Positions 51,983 to 62,300 of a stretch of 64,000 nt of DNA are shown in pieces; position 1 is the stretch's first letter; each line of letters starts with the position of its first letter. Under the pieces are notes generated by a model, which had not been told where the DNA came from, did not search any database, and worked only from the letters and a program-made list of their open reading frames with translations. Origin of the DNA: an uncultured Verrucomicrobiae bacterium (lineage in GTDB: Bacteria > Verrucomicrobiota > Verrucomicrobiia > Limisphaerales > UBA8199); NCBI GenBank assembly GCA_963822005.1, contig CAWGGD010000015.1:479555-543554 (forward strand), given 5' to 3'. The translations under genes and the position numbers were made by a program.

Positions 51983-54688
51983 GTGCAACCACGAAATACA
52001 CCAAGCACACGAAACATCACGGGTCTGCTTTTGGCATGTTTCGCGTGTTTCGCGGGCCCTTTAATCCCTATCGCCTCCGCCGCCAACTCCGTGCGCGCGA
52101 TGCGCTTCCAGGCCCAGACCCCTGCCGAAGGCCACGCCTGGCAGGAAGCCGCCCGCGCCAAGCTCTTCGCGCTCCTCATGGGCGGCCGCCAGCCCGAGCG
52201 CGTCCCGCTGGATGCCAAGATCCTCCGCACCATCGAGGTGCCCGCCAGCCGCTGCGTGCTGGAGGAGATCACCCTGCAAACTCTCCCTGACCGTCGCGCG
52301 CACGTTTGGCTGGCACGGCCCACGCAGCCCAAGGGGAAGGTCGGCGCCGTGCTCGCCCTGCATGGCCACGGCGGCAGCGGCGAGCAGATCGTGACTGGCG
52401 CCAGCCTTTACTGGTATGGCCGCGCACTGATTGAGCGCGGCTACGTCGTCATCTCGCCCGACATCGGCCAGCACGAACTCCAGCACACCAACTGGACCCT
52501 GATGGGCGAACGCACCTGGGACGCCCTCCGTTGCCTCGATTACGTCGTCACGCTGCCGGAGGTGGACCCCACCCGCCTCGCGGTTGCCGGCTTGTCGCTG
52601 GGCGGGGAGACCACCATGTATGTCGCCGCGCTCGACGAGCGCCTCAAACTCGCGTGCAGCAGCGGATGGCTGACCACCATCACCAACATGAAGAACGGCC
52701 ACTGCGTCTGCTACAACTTCCCCGGCCTGGAAGAGAACTTCGAGTTCTCCGACATCTTCGCCTGCGTGGCGCCGCGCCTGCTCGTCTGTGAATTGGGCCT
52801 GCAGGAGAAGGCGCCCGCGGGTTTTCCCGTTTCCATCGGCAGGGAGGCTTTCGAGCAATTGCGCGCCGCCTACCGCGTCTTCAATGCCGAGTCAAACCTC
52901 ACCCTCACCGTCCACCCCGGCCCGCATGTCTTCAGCGGCGAAGACTTCTGGCCGCTGCTCCGCCGCACCCTCGGCGCCCCGGCTTCTGCGTCTCTGATTC
53001 CCCCGCCCAACGAGGCCTTTCCTGAAATGCGCAAAGCCTGGGATACCCAACCCCCGGCCAAGTGGCCCTCCCTCTCCCCAAGGGAGAGGGCCGGGGTGAG
53101 GGGAAAGGAAGCAGACTCGTCTCCAGGCAGCGACCGCACCCGGCCCCTGTTCCGCCAAGCCGAGAAGAATGGCCGCCTCGCCAACGAAGCCTTCTTCCGG
53201 TGCCGCCGCTACATTGACGGCTGGCTGGCCCATTGCGACCCCGCCACCGGTCTGTTCCCCCGCAACCTGCGCGAGAGCAACTACTGGAATGGCCGTGACT
53301 CCGCCGCCGACAATTACCCCTTCATGGTTCTCACCGCCGCCATGACCGACCGGCCGCTCATGGAGGGCCGCTTGCTCGACATCCTGCGCACCGAGACCCG
53401 CCTGACCTGCCGCCAGGGCCGCCTGCCCGACGACTACTCCTTTGCCACCCACAGTTGGCGTCGTGAGAAGCCCGACCTCGATGCCATCATCTTCGACGGC
53501 GCGGAATACGTGAAGGACGGCCTGCTCTACATCGCCGAGTGGCTCGGCCCCAGCCCGTGGACCGACCGCATGGTCGGCATCACCGAGGACATCTGGAAAT
53601 ACGCGCCCATCGAGACGCCTTACGGCAATATCCCCACCCTCAACTTCGAAGTCTGCGGCGACATGCTCCAGGCCTCCGCGCGCATGTTCTGGTTCACCGG
53701 CGAGCGCAAATACCTCGATTGCGCCGTGCGCCTGGGCGACTTCTTCCTGCTCGGCACCAATCACCCCACGCGCAACCTCAAGCAGCTTCGCCTGAGCGAT
53801 CACGGCTGCGAGGTCATCAACGGCTTGAGCGAGCTCTATGTCGCCGTCTCCTATGCCATGCCCGAGAAGAAGAAGGCCTATGAGCAGCCGATCCACGAGA
53901 TGTTCGATTGCATCCTCGCCAAAGGCCGCAACCCGGACGGCCTCTTCTATGTCTGGTTCAATCCGCAAACCGGCGAACACTCCCCCGACCTCTGCGACAC
54001 CTGGGGCTACGACTACGACGGCGTTTATACCCTCTGGCTGCTCGACAAGACCGAGGCCTACCGCGACGCCGTTCGCAAGGCCCTGGGCAATCTTCGGGGC
54101 AAATACATCGGCGCCTGCTGGGCCGACAAGAGCGCCGACGGCTTCGCCGACTCCATCGAAGGCGCCATCAACCTCTTCAACCGCGAGCCGGACGACTCCG
54201 CCGCCGATTGGACTGACACCCAGACCCGCATGATGTGGTCCATCCAGAAGCCCGACGGCATCATCGAAGCCTGGCACGGCGACGGCAACTTCGCCCGCAC
54301 CTCCCTGATGTATGCGCTCTGGAAGACCCAGGGCGTAACCGTCCAACCCTGGCGCGCCGATGTCCGCTTCGGCGCCGTCCGTGACGCCGGCACCGTCTAT
54401 CTCTGCGTCACGGCGACCCAGCCCTGGGAAGGGCGCCTGCTCTTCGACCGCCCCCGGCACAAGCTGCTCATGCACCTGCCCCTGGACTACACCCGCATCA
54501 ACCAGTTCCCCGAATGGTTCACCGTCCAGTCCGACGCGCGCTACCAGGTCAAACTCGGCTCTGCCCCGCCGGAGAAGAAGTCCGGCGCCCAGTTGGCCGA
54601 AGGCCTGCCCGTCAAGCTCAAAGCCGGGGAGACGATGCTGATCGAGGTGGCACCAGATGAAAATCGCCTTCACCCCCGCCGTCTATGA
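51983..54688 (+). CDS. 901-aa fusion: a signal peptide, an alpha/beta-hydrolase esterase domain (GLSLGG nucleophile elbow), and a ~520-aa (alpha/alpha)6-like glycoside-hydrolase-type domain.
   Basis: HGHGGSG, AGLSLGGETT, and a long C-terminal helical-repeat domain. Confidence 0.7.
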   Translation: MQPRNTPSTRNITGLLLACFACFAGPLIPIASAANSVRAMRFQAQTPAEGHAWQEAARAKLFALLMGGRQPERVPLDAKILRTIEVPASRCVLEEITLQTLPDRRAHVWLARPTQPKGKVGAVLALHGHGGSGEQIVTGASLYWYGRALIERGYVVISPDIGQHELQHTNWTLMGERTWDALRCLDYVVTLPEVDPTRLAVAGLSLGGETTMYVAALDERLKLACSSGWLTTITNMKNGHCVCYNFPGLEENFEFSDIFACVAPRLLVCELGLQEKAPAGFPVSIGREAFEQLRAAYRVFNAESNLTLTVHPGPHVFSGEDFWPLLRRTLGAPASASLIPPPNEAFPEMRKAWDTQPPAKWPSLSPRERAGVRGKEADSSPGSDRTRPLFRQAEKNGRLANEAFFRCRRYIDGWLAHCDPATGLFPRNLRESNYWNGRDSAADNYPFMVLTAAMTDRPLMEGRLLDILRTETRLTCRQGRLPDDYSFATHSWRREKPDLDAIIFDGAEYVKDGLLYIAEWLGPSPWTDRMVGITEDIWKYAPIETPYGNIPTLNFEVCGDMLQASARMFWFTGERKYLDCAVRLGDFFLLGTNHPTRNLKQLRLSDHGCEVINGLSELYVAVSYAMPEKKKAYEQPIHEMFDCILAKGRNPDGLFYVWFNPQTGEHSPDLCDTWGYDYDGVYTLWLLDKTEAYRDAVRKALGNLRGKYIGACWADKSADGFADSIEGAINLFNREPDDSAADWTDTQTRMMWSIQKPDGIIEAWHGDGNFARTSLMYALWKTQGVTVQPWRADVRFGAVRDAGTVYLCVTATQPWEGRLLFDRPRHKLLMHLPLDYTRINQFPEWFTVQSDARYQVKLGSAPPEKKSGAQLAEGLPVKLKAGETMLIEVAPDENRLHPRRL

Positions 54689-55625
54689 GCACGCGGCCCG
54701 CTTCGTCGGGCGCACCCCAGCCGAGGTCTCCCGGGATGCCGAGCTTCTCTTCCAGGCCCATCGGGGCGCCTACCTCGAATACCGCCACCAGCCCATCGCC
54801 GTCGGCATTGACATCTACAACCTCGAAGCCGAGGCCTACGGCGCCAAGGTCGAGTTGGGTGAAGGCGACGCCATCCCCGCGATCCATCAGCCCCTCCTGA
54901 CCTCCCTCGAGGACGGCCTCGCACTCAAACCCTTCAACCCGGAGCGCGATGGCCGGATCGCCATGATCCTCGCCGTCGGCCGCCGCCTCAAACAGGAGTT
55001 CCCCGAGGCCGACGTGCGCATCCCCGTTGCCGGCCCCTTCTCCGTCGCCTTCAACCTCCGCGGCATCAACGCCCTCTGCGAAGACGTCGCCGACCGGCCC
55101 GACGCCACCGCCAAGCTCCTCTGGCGTCTGGCCGAAAACCAGGCCGTCCTCTGCCGTGCCGTGGCCTCGGCCGGGCTGGACGTTGCCTTCTTCGAATCCG
55201 CCGCCGCGCCGCCGATGCTCTCCCCCCGGCAGTTTCGTGAAGTCGAATTGCCCGCCCTCCGCCGCATCCTCGAACTCGCCGCCGCCAGCGTCGGCCATCC
55301 CGTCCCCTGCATCATGGGCGGCAACACCTATCCTATCGTCGCCGACCTCCTCTCCACCGGCACCAGCTTCCTCGTCTGCAACGTCGAAACCAACCAGCCG
55401 GCCTTCGTCGAGACCGTCGCCCGCACTCATCCGCACGTGAAGGTCCGCGTGAACATGAACCCGGTCATCGTCACCTGCCCTGAGCCGGACCGTATCTACC
55501 GCGAGATTGACCGCGTCCTGGCCTTCGCCGGCGGCCGCCCCAACTGCCTGCTCGGCACCGGCGCCCTCCCCCTCGAAACTCCCCCCGCCAACATCCGCCT
55601 CATCAAGACTTACCTGGCGGGTTAG
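54657..55625 (+). CDS. Second URO-D-family protein. It overlaps the upstream gene's end by 32 bp.
   Basis: URO-D-like length and pattern. Confidence 0.75.
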   Translation: MKIAFTPAVYEHAARFVGRTPAEVSRDAELLFQAHRGAYLEYRHQPIAVGIDIYNLEAEAYGAKVELGEGDAIPAIHQPLLTSLEDGLALKPFNPERDGRIAMILAVGRRLKQEFPEADVRIPVAGPFSVAFNLRGINALCEDVADRPDATAKLLWRLAENQAVLCRAVASAGLDVAFFESAAAPPMLSPRQFREVELPALRRILELAAASVGHPVPCIMGGNTYPIVADLLSTGTSFLVCNVETNQPAFVETVARTHPHVKVRVNMNPVIVTCPEPDRIYREIDRVLAFAGGRPNCLLGTGALPLETPPANIRLIKTYLAG

Positions 55626-55726
55626 AGTCTCTGCAGAATCCCCCCTCTCTGGAGGGCTGGACGCGAGGCTACTCCAGCGACGCCCGGGAGGGCGTGCTCT
55701 GCAACTCAGCTTCTCAGGATTGAGCG

Positions 55727-55852
55727 CCTGTTTGGAAAAGCCAACCCTGGGAGGGCGAGCGTCCTCGCGAGCCCAAATATCTCCAGGAATCTGTGGGAGC
55801 CAGGGCTCGCGAGGACGCTCGCCCTCCCGAACGGCCAGTTTTCAAACAGGCT
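55727..55852. repeat. Palindromic intergenic element, copy 2, including the outer inverted repeat CCTGTTTGGAAAA / TTTTCAAACAGG. It lies between convergent genes.
   Basis: Perfect 26-bp stem GGGAGGGCGAGCGTCCTCGCGAGCCC with a 28-nt loop. Confidence 0.85.
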
Positions 55853-55918
55853 CGAAGATTCTGCGGCTGGCATCGGGCCCGGCAGCTTGGCCGAACCCGC
55901 TACTCCACCGAAGGGCAC

Positions 55919-57442
55919 TTAGTTCGCCTTTTTCTTCTTCTTCCCCGCGCGGCCCGGAAGGTCGGCCGATTGGGTTTTCGGCAGGAGCCGTTTGAGTTCG
56001 GCGACCTGGGTGGCGTAGTTCGGGTCTTTCGCGAGGTTCTGATATTCATGCGGGTCGGCCTCGTGGTCGTAGAGTTCGGCGCCGGCGGCGCCGCCGTCCC
56101 ATTCGCTATACCGCCAACGTTCGGTGCGGACGCTGTAGCCCATGATCTGTCTGCCGCCGTCAGGGTGGACCACCTGCGTGATGGCCGGTTTGGACCAGGG
56201 CGCTCGGGGATTCTCCAGCAGCGGACGCAGGCTCCTGCCTTCCAGGTTGGACGGCGGAGTCAGGCCGCACAGATCGGCCAGGGTGGGATAGATGTCCACG
56301 AACTCGACCGTGCGCGGCGAAACCCCGGTCACCTTGGCCTTGGGCAGCGCGATGATGAACGGCACCCGCGCCACTTCCTCGAACAGCAACCGCTTCTGCC
56401 ATTGGCCATGCTCGCCCAACGACCAGCCGTGGTCGCCCCACAAGACCACGATGGTCTTGTCCGCCAGCTTCATTCGGTCCAGCGCATCGAGCACCTTGCC
56501 CACTTGCGCGTCCACGAAGCTGATGCTGGCGAAATAGGCGCGTTTGAACATTCGCAGCTTCTCTGCTTCGAGCCCGTAGTTGAGCGGCTTGGTGGTGAGC
56601 GCCACCGGCGGGATGTTCGCGAGGTGCTCGGGCGGTTCCTTGGGCAAGGTCACCTTGTCCAGCGGATACAAGGCGAAGTAGGGCTTGGTGGCGATGTCCG
56701 GCACGTGGGGCCGATAGAAGCCCACCGCGAGGAAGAACGGTTTGCCTTTGCGCTCCTCCAACAGCCGGATCGCCTCGGCCGCGACCTTGCCGTCGGTTTG
56801 TTCCTCGTCGGTGCCTTTGGCCTCCAGCCAGCAGAGGGCAGAGCCAAGGCCGCGGTCGGGTGTGAAGTTAATGATGTCCGCCTCGTCGTCCTTGTCCCGC
56901 CCGCGCGGGTTAACGAACTGGTCCCAGGACGGGGGATCATCCATGCCGCTGGTGCCGATCTGGCCCGGGACGCCGTAATGGTAGAGCTTGCCGACGCGCG
57001 CCGAGAAATAGCGGTTGTTCTTGAACATCTGCGGCAGCGTCACGATGTCGGGGAACGGCTTGCGGATCGGCGTGCTGTTGTCATAGATGCGGCTGGTGTC
57101 CGGCCGAAGCCCGCTCAACAGGGAGCTGCGGCTGGGATTGCACAGCGGGTACTGGCAGTAGGCGCGGTCGAAGCGCACACCCCGCGCCGCCAGCCGGTCA
57201 ATGTTCGGCGACTTGACCAGCGGGTGGTCGTAGCAGCCGAGGGAAACGTTCAGGTCGTCTATGGCGATGAACAGAACGTTGTATCGGGGTGTGGCGGGCT
57301 TCTCCGCCGCGGTGGCCGAGAGGCAGCAGTTTCCGAACAGCACCACGCTGCAACACACCGCTCGGGCCGCGTGCAAGAGATTGGATGAAGAACGGAGCGA
57401 TCGCTCCATTACGGCGAGGATTTGTGGCTTATTCGTGAGCAT
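55919..57442 (-). CDS. Sulfatase (iduronate-2-sulfatase-like). The start may be the internal Met at 57409.
   Basis: IAIDDL...CNPSRSSLLSG...GDHGW..GEHG motifs are present. No frameshifts. Confidence 0.88.
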   Translation of the reverse strand: MLTNKPQILAVMERSLRSSSNLLHAARAVCCSVVLFGNCCLSATAAEKPATPRYNVLFIAIDDLNVSLGCYDHPLVKSPNIDRLAARGVRFDRAYCQYPLCNPSRSSLLSGLRPDTSRIYDNSTPIRKPFPDIVTLPQMFKNNRYFSARVGKLYHYGVPGQIGTSGMDDPPSWDQFVNPRGRDKDDEADIINFTPDRGLGSALCWLEAKGTDEEQTDGKVAAEAIRLLEERKGKPFFLAVGFYRPHVPDIATKPYFALYPLDKVTLPKEPPEHLANIPPVALTTKPLNYGLEAEKLRMFKRAYFASISFVDAQVGKVLDALDRMKLADKTIVVLWGDHGWSLGEHGQWQKRLLFEEVARVPFIIALPKAKVTGVSPRTVEFVDIYPTLADLCGLTPPSNLEGRSLRPLLENPRAPWSKPAITQVVHPDGGRQIMGYSVRTERWRYSEWDGGAAGAELYDHEADPHEYQNLAKDPNYATQVAELKRLLPKTQSADLPGRAGKKKKKAN

Positions 57443-58475
57443 TGGAATTATGTTCTCTGGATGAGGGAGGATAAGCCTGGCCTTTCGCTTCCGGCAAATC
57501 GAATCTCATCTCTGCGCTGCCCAAGGGCACAGGACAGAATTCTTCGTTCCCTTTGTTTGCTTGGTGCAAAAGAGTCAAATGCATCCGCTCTTCCGGCGCG
57601 AACCGGGACGGGGGAATGGTTTAACAGAAGCAAACGAAGGAAACGAAGGAGGCAGAGATATGCTGTATGCGCAGGAAGATACGGGTGGGCCGAAAACCCC
57701 GTGAGCGACTGTGCCTGAAGACTTCTGTGATGCGCCGGCCGCCTATCCCTCGCGGCGACTCGATTCGGCCACGTCTTTGCTATCTCTCAACCTAGAAACC
57801 GCAATTGGATTTCCCGCTAAACATGCTAAACATGCTAAAACAAAGGGCAAGACGAAGGTGCGTGAGGAAAAGCGGCTTCACCCGGGAGGTGAACGGTGAC
57901 CGCAGCGAAGACAGGGGGGCGAGGTTGCGGTTCTTCGCGTGTTTAGCGTGGTTCGCGGGCCATTTCTTAGCCGCGGAAACAAGTCAACTGCGGCTTTTAG
58001 GCTCAATCCTCCCGCAATCCATCTGCGAGTTCCTTACGGCAAAGAGCAATCGCCTTTGCTGCCTGAGGATGACCCAAATGCTGAGCTTCCTCGAAACAAG
58101 AAAGCGCCTCATCGTAGCGCATCAGTTCAAGAAACTCTGTGCCCTGCTGAAACCAGTTTTTTGAGTTGACTGCCTTCTGCCCTGGTTTACGAGGCCGGTG
58201 CGTACTTTTTCTTTCTCGCTACACCTTTAATGTCAACAATGAACATTTCAATCGAAGTTGCGCTAACTTTTAATGGATATACAAGGAGCCGTCCGTATAT
58301 CCACCCCGGCAGATTCTACGTGCAAGCCGTTGCATACGAGAAGTTTACGCGCTTCGGCACTACTCGGTCAATACACCCCCCCCGCCTTGAACCGCCCCGG
58401 CAGCACAACCGCGAACCTCAGAGAGACACCATCAGTATTGGCCGGAACGGTGTTTGGTAATAATCCAAATAATGT

Positions 58476-58592
58476 TGGGTGGTCGTAGCAGCCGAGCGAA
58501 GCGTTCAGGTCGTCTATCGCGACGAACAGGACGTTGTATCGAGGTGTGGCGGGCCCCTCCGCCGCGGGTGGTCGCGAAAAGCGGCTATACAC
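58476..58592 (-). pseudogene. 5' fragment of a sulfatase gene (signal-peptide end plus the first ~30 mature codons: PATPRYNVLFVAIDDLNASLGCYDHP). It is about 90% identical in DNA to 57222-57310.
   Basis: Direct duplication visible in the sequence. It diverges into AT-rich non-coding DNA after CYDHP. Confidence 0.6.
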
Positions 58593-58596
58593 AGCG

Positions 58597-59982
58597 TCAC
58601 AAGTCCCGGCTGCCTCGGCGAGGCAGCCCCACCAGGGTGGGGCGCTTTCGCCGAAAGCGCCGGCGCAACGAGTTAAGTCGCTGTGTATAATTCCGCGTGG
58701 GTCCGGGTGCTCGCGGCGCGCAGCGGAGTGCGCGCCCTACCCCTGAATCCCTTTGGGCGACACGCCCTCGACACTGCCACCAAGGGTTGGAGCGCCCAAC
58801 GATGACGGACCGCGAGCCGATGGACGGCTCGCGGTCCGGTGGCAGTGTCGAGCTGTGGCCGTCGCCCAACGCCCGCAGCCGGCGGTGGCGCTCGGCTTTC
58901 GACTCGTGCGTCAGCTTGTCGGCAGCCTGGTAGAACTTCTCCAGGTCGCCGCCGTTCTGTGCGAGCAGCCGTTCGAAGCCGGGCACCAGATCGTAGTAGG
59001 CGGCGACCGAGTTGAGCTGGGCGTTGTTGAGCGGCTGGGCGAACCACGCGTCGTAGTCCGTGACGCCGCCCCATTGGGCCTTGAGTTGGGTGTATTCCTG
59101 CCGCAGGCGGCCAAGCAACTCCTGCTTCCCCCGCCGCAACTGCTCGAGCGGAACCCAACGCGGCTCCCTGGTGGCCTTGATCTTGCCCGCGTCAGTTCGC
59201 TGGTCGCCGTAGAGCTTCTCCAGCCGCTCGCGCGTGTTCATGACCAGGTGCGCGAATTGGGCCTCGCGCCGAAGCTTGGCCAAATATTTCTCCAGGGCAG
59301 CCGGATCGCCCTTGGCCCGCAGCCAGCGGCGGGCGCCTACCTGGCCGACGGTCGTGGCGAAGGCCTCGTTGAAATCCGTGTCGCCGCTGGCAAAGACGCG
59401 CTGGTGGCCCAACTCGTGGAAGAGAGTCTCCGCCAGGTCGGGCTCGGGGTCGAACACGAACGTGTTGAGCACCGGGTCTTTGAACCAGCCCAGCGTCGAA
59501 TACGCCGTCACGCCGCCCACATACACATCATCGTCTTTCTTCGCCAGCGACGCGGCGTACTTCCGCGCGCCCGGCTCCGTAAAGTAGCCGCGGTATTCGA
59601 GGCTGCCGACAAACGGGTACCACCAGGCCTTCGGTTCAAGCGAAAACTCGGGCGCGGCCTCGACGTTCCAAACGACGAAGGGGCGTTGCACGTCCGCATA
59701 CTTCTCGTAATGGCCGTCCACGGGGAGGTGGAGGTCCTTGACGGCGAATGCGCGCAGGTCCTGGACGAGCTGCAGTTTGGCTTTGAGCGGCGCGGGCGTT
59801 TGCGGGTCCGCCAGCAGCTTCTCGATCTTCTGCCGTTGGGCGACGACCTGGTAATGGCCTTTGATGGCCTGGCCGTAATAGCTGAGGTTTTGGCAGCCGG
59901 ACATCGCCAGCACTGCCAGCAGGAGGGCGGGCGCCAGCAGCCATCGGCGCCGGCGCCGCGTTGGTTCGGGGTTCCGAATCAT
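58597..59982 (-). CDS. Predicted Zn-aminopeptidase (COG4324-like, HELGHQ) lipoprotein. The last ~60 aa look non-native.
   Basis: Lipoprotein signal (LAMSGC) and the HExxH motif. Confidence 0.65.
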   Translation of the reverse strand: MIRNPEPTRRRRRWLLAPALLLAVLAMSGCQNLSYYGQAIKGHYQVVAQRQKIEKLLADPQTPAPLKAKLQLVQDLRAFAVKDLHLPVDGHYEKYADVQRPFVVWNVEAAPEFSLEPKAWWYPFVGSLEYRGYFTEPGARKYAASLAKKDDDVYVGGVTAYSTLGWFKDPVLNTFVFDPEPDLAETLFHELGHQRVFASGDTDFNEAFATTVGQVGARRWLRAKGDPAALEKYLAKLRREAQFAHLVMNTRERLEKLYGDQRTDAGKIKATREPRWVPLEQLRRGKQELLGRLRQEYTQLKAQWGGVTDYDAWFAQPLNNAQLNSVAAYYDLVPGFERLLAQNGGDLEKFYQAADKLTHESKAERHRRLRALGDGHSSTLPPDREPSIGSRSVIVGRSNPWWQCRGRVAQRDSGVGRALRCAPRAPGPTRNYTQRLNSLRRRFRRKRPTLVGLPRRGSRDL

Positions 59983-60100
59983 CGAAATATGCCCCCTCCC
60001 ATTAAGCCGCAGCCGGCCGTTTGGCAAATGTTGTTGAGCATTTTTTGACCTTGCCAAACGGGCACATGAACTCCAAATACTGCCCGAATCTTAAACAACT

Positions 60101-62032
60101 ATGCACGTACAGCTCACCTGGCTTGATTACACCATCCTGCTGGCCTACACGGGCTTTGTCATCGGCATCGGCTTCGCCCTGCGGAAGTACCTGAAAAGCT
60201 CGTCGGACTTCCTCACGTCGGGCCGCTCCATTCCGACGTGGGTGACGGGGCTGGCGTTCATCTCGGCGAACCTTGGCGCGCTCGAACTCGTCGGCATGGC
60301 GGCCAGCGGGGCCAAGTACGGCATCGCCACCAGCCATTTCTACTGGGTGGGCGCGATTCCGGCGATGGTCTTCCTGGCCATCTTCATGATGCCGTTCTAC
60401 TACGGCTCGAAGGCGCGCTCGGTGCCGGAATACCTGAAGATGCGGTTCGACGAACGGGTGCGCGCGTTGAACTCGATCGCGTTCGCGGTGATGACCGTGT
60501 TCGCCTCCGGCATCTCGATGAACGCGCTGGCCAAGCTGCTCAACCAGCTCCTCGGCTGGAACTATCACGTCGCGCTGTGGATCTGCTCGGGCGTCGTGCT
60601 GGTGTACGTCCTCAAGGGCGGCCTGACCTCCGCGATCTACACCGAGGTGCTCCAGTTCTTCATGATCGTGCTCGGGTTTGCGCCGGTGGTTTATCTCGGC
60701 CTGAAGGACGTCGGCGGCTGGGGCTCGATGAACAAGGCGCTGGAGGGCGTGGCGGCAAATCCGGCGGCGCTGAACCTGAAGGAAGCCGGCACGACCTACG
60801 CCGGTAATGCCTGGTCCAGCGCCTGGCAGCCGCTGCTGGCCGGTCCGGCGCACAACCCGATGGGCGTGGACTGGTTCGCGATGGTGTTCGGCCTCGGGTT
60901 CGTGTTGTCGTTCGGCTACTGGTGCACGAACTTCCTCGTGGTGCAGCGCGCGATGGCGGCCCGGAACATGACCGCCGCCCGGAACACGCCCCTGGTCGCC
61001 GCGGTGCCGAAGATGTTTTTCCCCCTGCTGGTGATTGTGCCCGGCATGATCGCCGTGGCGCTGACGTCCATGCCGGACAAGAACTACCGCATCCCCCCGC
61101 CGATCATCAGCGACGAGGTTTATGCCCGGGCGGCGGCGGTGGTCCAAACCGCCGGCACGATGGATTCCGCGGCTGCGTTTAAGGCGGTGAGCGATGCCAT
61201 CGGCCGGAAGATGGACCAGGCGAAGGTCGCCGCTTTGGTCAAGGATGCCGGGAACCTCAAGGCTGAGCAGATCAAAGAGGGCCTCTACAATGCCGTCGCC
61301 GAGTACGACTACGACGGTGTGATTCTTTCGCTGGTGAAGAAGTACTGCCCGACCGGGTTGCTGGGTCTGGCGCTGACGGCGCTGCTGGCCTCCTTCATGT
61401 CGGGCATGGCGGGCAACGTGACCGCCTTCAACACGGTCTGGACCTACGATCTTTACCAGGCCTACATCGGACGGGGGAAGAGCGACCAGCATTACTTCTG
61501 GATGGGCCAGGCGGCCACCGTGGTGGGCATCCTGGTGAGCATCGGCGCCGCTTACTTCGCGTCGCTTTACAACAACGCGATGGACATCATCCAGCTCGTG
61601 TTCGGCTTCGTGAACGCGCCGCTGTTTGCGACGTTCCTGCTGGGCATGTTCTGGGCGCGCTGCACGGGCACGGGCGCGTTCCTCGGACTGTTCGGCGGCA
61701 TCGGCGGCTCGGCCATCTTCCACGCGCTGACCATCGCCGCGGGCAATGCGCCGGGCGTCAAGGGCGGCTACCTTGGCGTGCTGAAGACGTTCCCGAGCGA
61801 GATGGCGCAGAACTTCTGGCTGGCCGGCTTCGCCTTCCTCGTCTGCTTCACGCTGACCCTCGTCATCTCGCTGGCCACACGCCGCACCAAGACCGACGAG
61901 GAACTCAAGGGCCTGGTCTATTCGCTGACGGCCAAGATCAAAGACGAGGGCACGGCGTGGTATCTGCGCCCGGCCGTTGTGGGCACCGTCCTGCTGGCCG
62001 CCTGCGTCATCCTCAACATCATCTTCTGGTAA
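60101..62032 (+). CDS. Sodium:solute symporter (SSS family).
   Basis: About 13-14 transmembrane segments and the SSS signature regions. Confidence 0.9.
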   Translation: MHVQLTWLDYTILLAYTGFVIGIGFALRKYLKSSSDFLTSGRSIPTWVTGLAFISANLGALELVGMAASGAKYGIATSHFYWVGAIPAMVFLAIFMMPFYYGSKARSVPEYLKMRFDERVRALNSIAFAVMTVFASGISMNALAKLLNQLLGWNYHVALWICSGVVLVYVLKGGLTSAIYTEVLQFFMIVLGFAPVVYLGLKDVGGWGSMNKALEGVAANPAALNLKEAGTTYAGNAWSSAWQPLLAGPAHNPMGVDWFAMVFGLGFVLSFGYWCTNFLVVQRAMAARNMTAARNTPLVAAVPKMFFPLLVIVPGMIAVALTSMPDKNYRIPPPIISDEVYARAAAVVQTAGTMDSAAAFKAVSDAIGRKMDQAKVAALVKDAGNLKAEQIKEGLYNAVAEYDYDGVILSLVKKYCPTGLLGLALTALLASFMSGMAGNVTAFNTVWTYDLYQAYIGRGKSDQHYFWMGQAATVVGILVSIGAAYFASLYNNAMDIIQLVFGFVNAPLFATFLLGMFWARCTGTGAFLGLFGGIGGSAIFHALTIAAGNAPGVKGGYLGVLKTFPSEMAQNFWLAGFAFLVCFTLTLVISLATRRTKTDEELKGLVYSLTAKIKDEGTAWYLRPAVVGTVLLAACVILNIIFW

Positions 62033-62048
62033 ACGAAAGGAAAACCTT

Positions 62049-62273
62049 ATGGGTCTCGACATCCGCTGGCCAATCGGCCTCATGTTCTCGCTGGTCGGGC
62101 TGCTGCTGACCATCTTCGGCTTCGCCACCAAAGGCGACGCCGAGATGTACCAGCGCTCGCTCGACATCAACATCAACCTCATCTGGGGCATCATTCTGCT
62201 CCTGTTCGGCGGCTTCATGCTCGTCATGGCCATGCGCAAGAAGGACGACGCGGGCGCGCCCGGGCCGAAGTAA
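62049..62273 (+). CDS. Small two-transmembrane protein, 14 bp downstream of the SSS transporter.
   Basis: Two hydrophobic helices, tightly linked to the transporter. Confidence 0.45.
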   Translation: MGLDIRWPIGLMFSLVGLLLTIFGFATKGDAEMYQRSLDININLIWGIILLLFGGFMLVMAMRKKDDAGAPGPK

Positions 62274-62300
62274 CTTGAGAGCCTGCGTGAAAACTCAATC

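Noticed and set aside
52892-54673. A 593-aa minus-strand ORF.
   Set aside because: It is antisense to the esterase-GH fusion gene. The translation is a low-complexity Gly/Ala/Val repeat with no recognisable domain.
55793-57388. A 531-aa plus-strand ORF.
   Set aside because: It is antisense to the intact sulfatase 55919-57442. This is a shadow ORF.
58753-60048. A 431-aa plus-strand ORF.
   Set aside because: It is antisense to the HExxH aminopeptidase. This is a shadow ORF.
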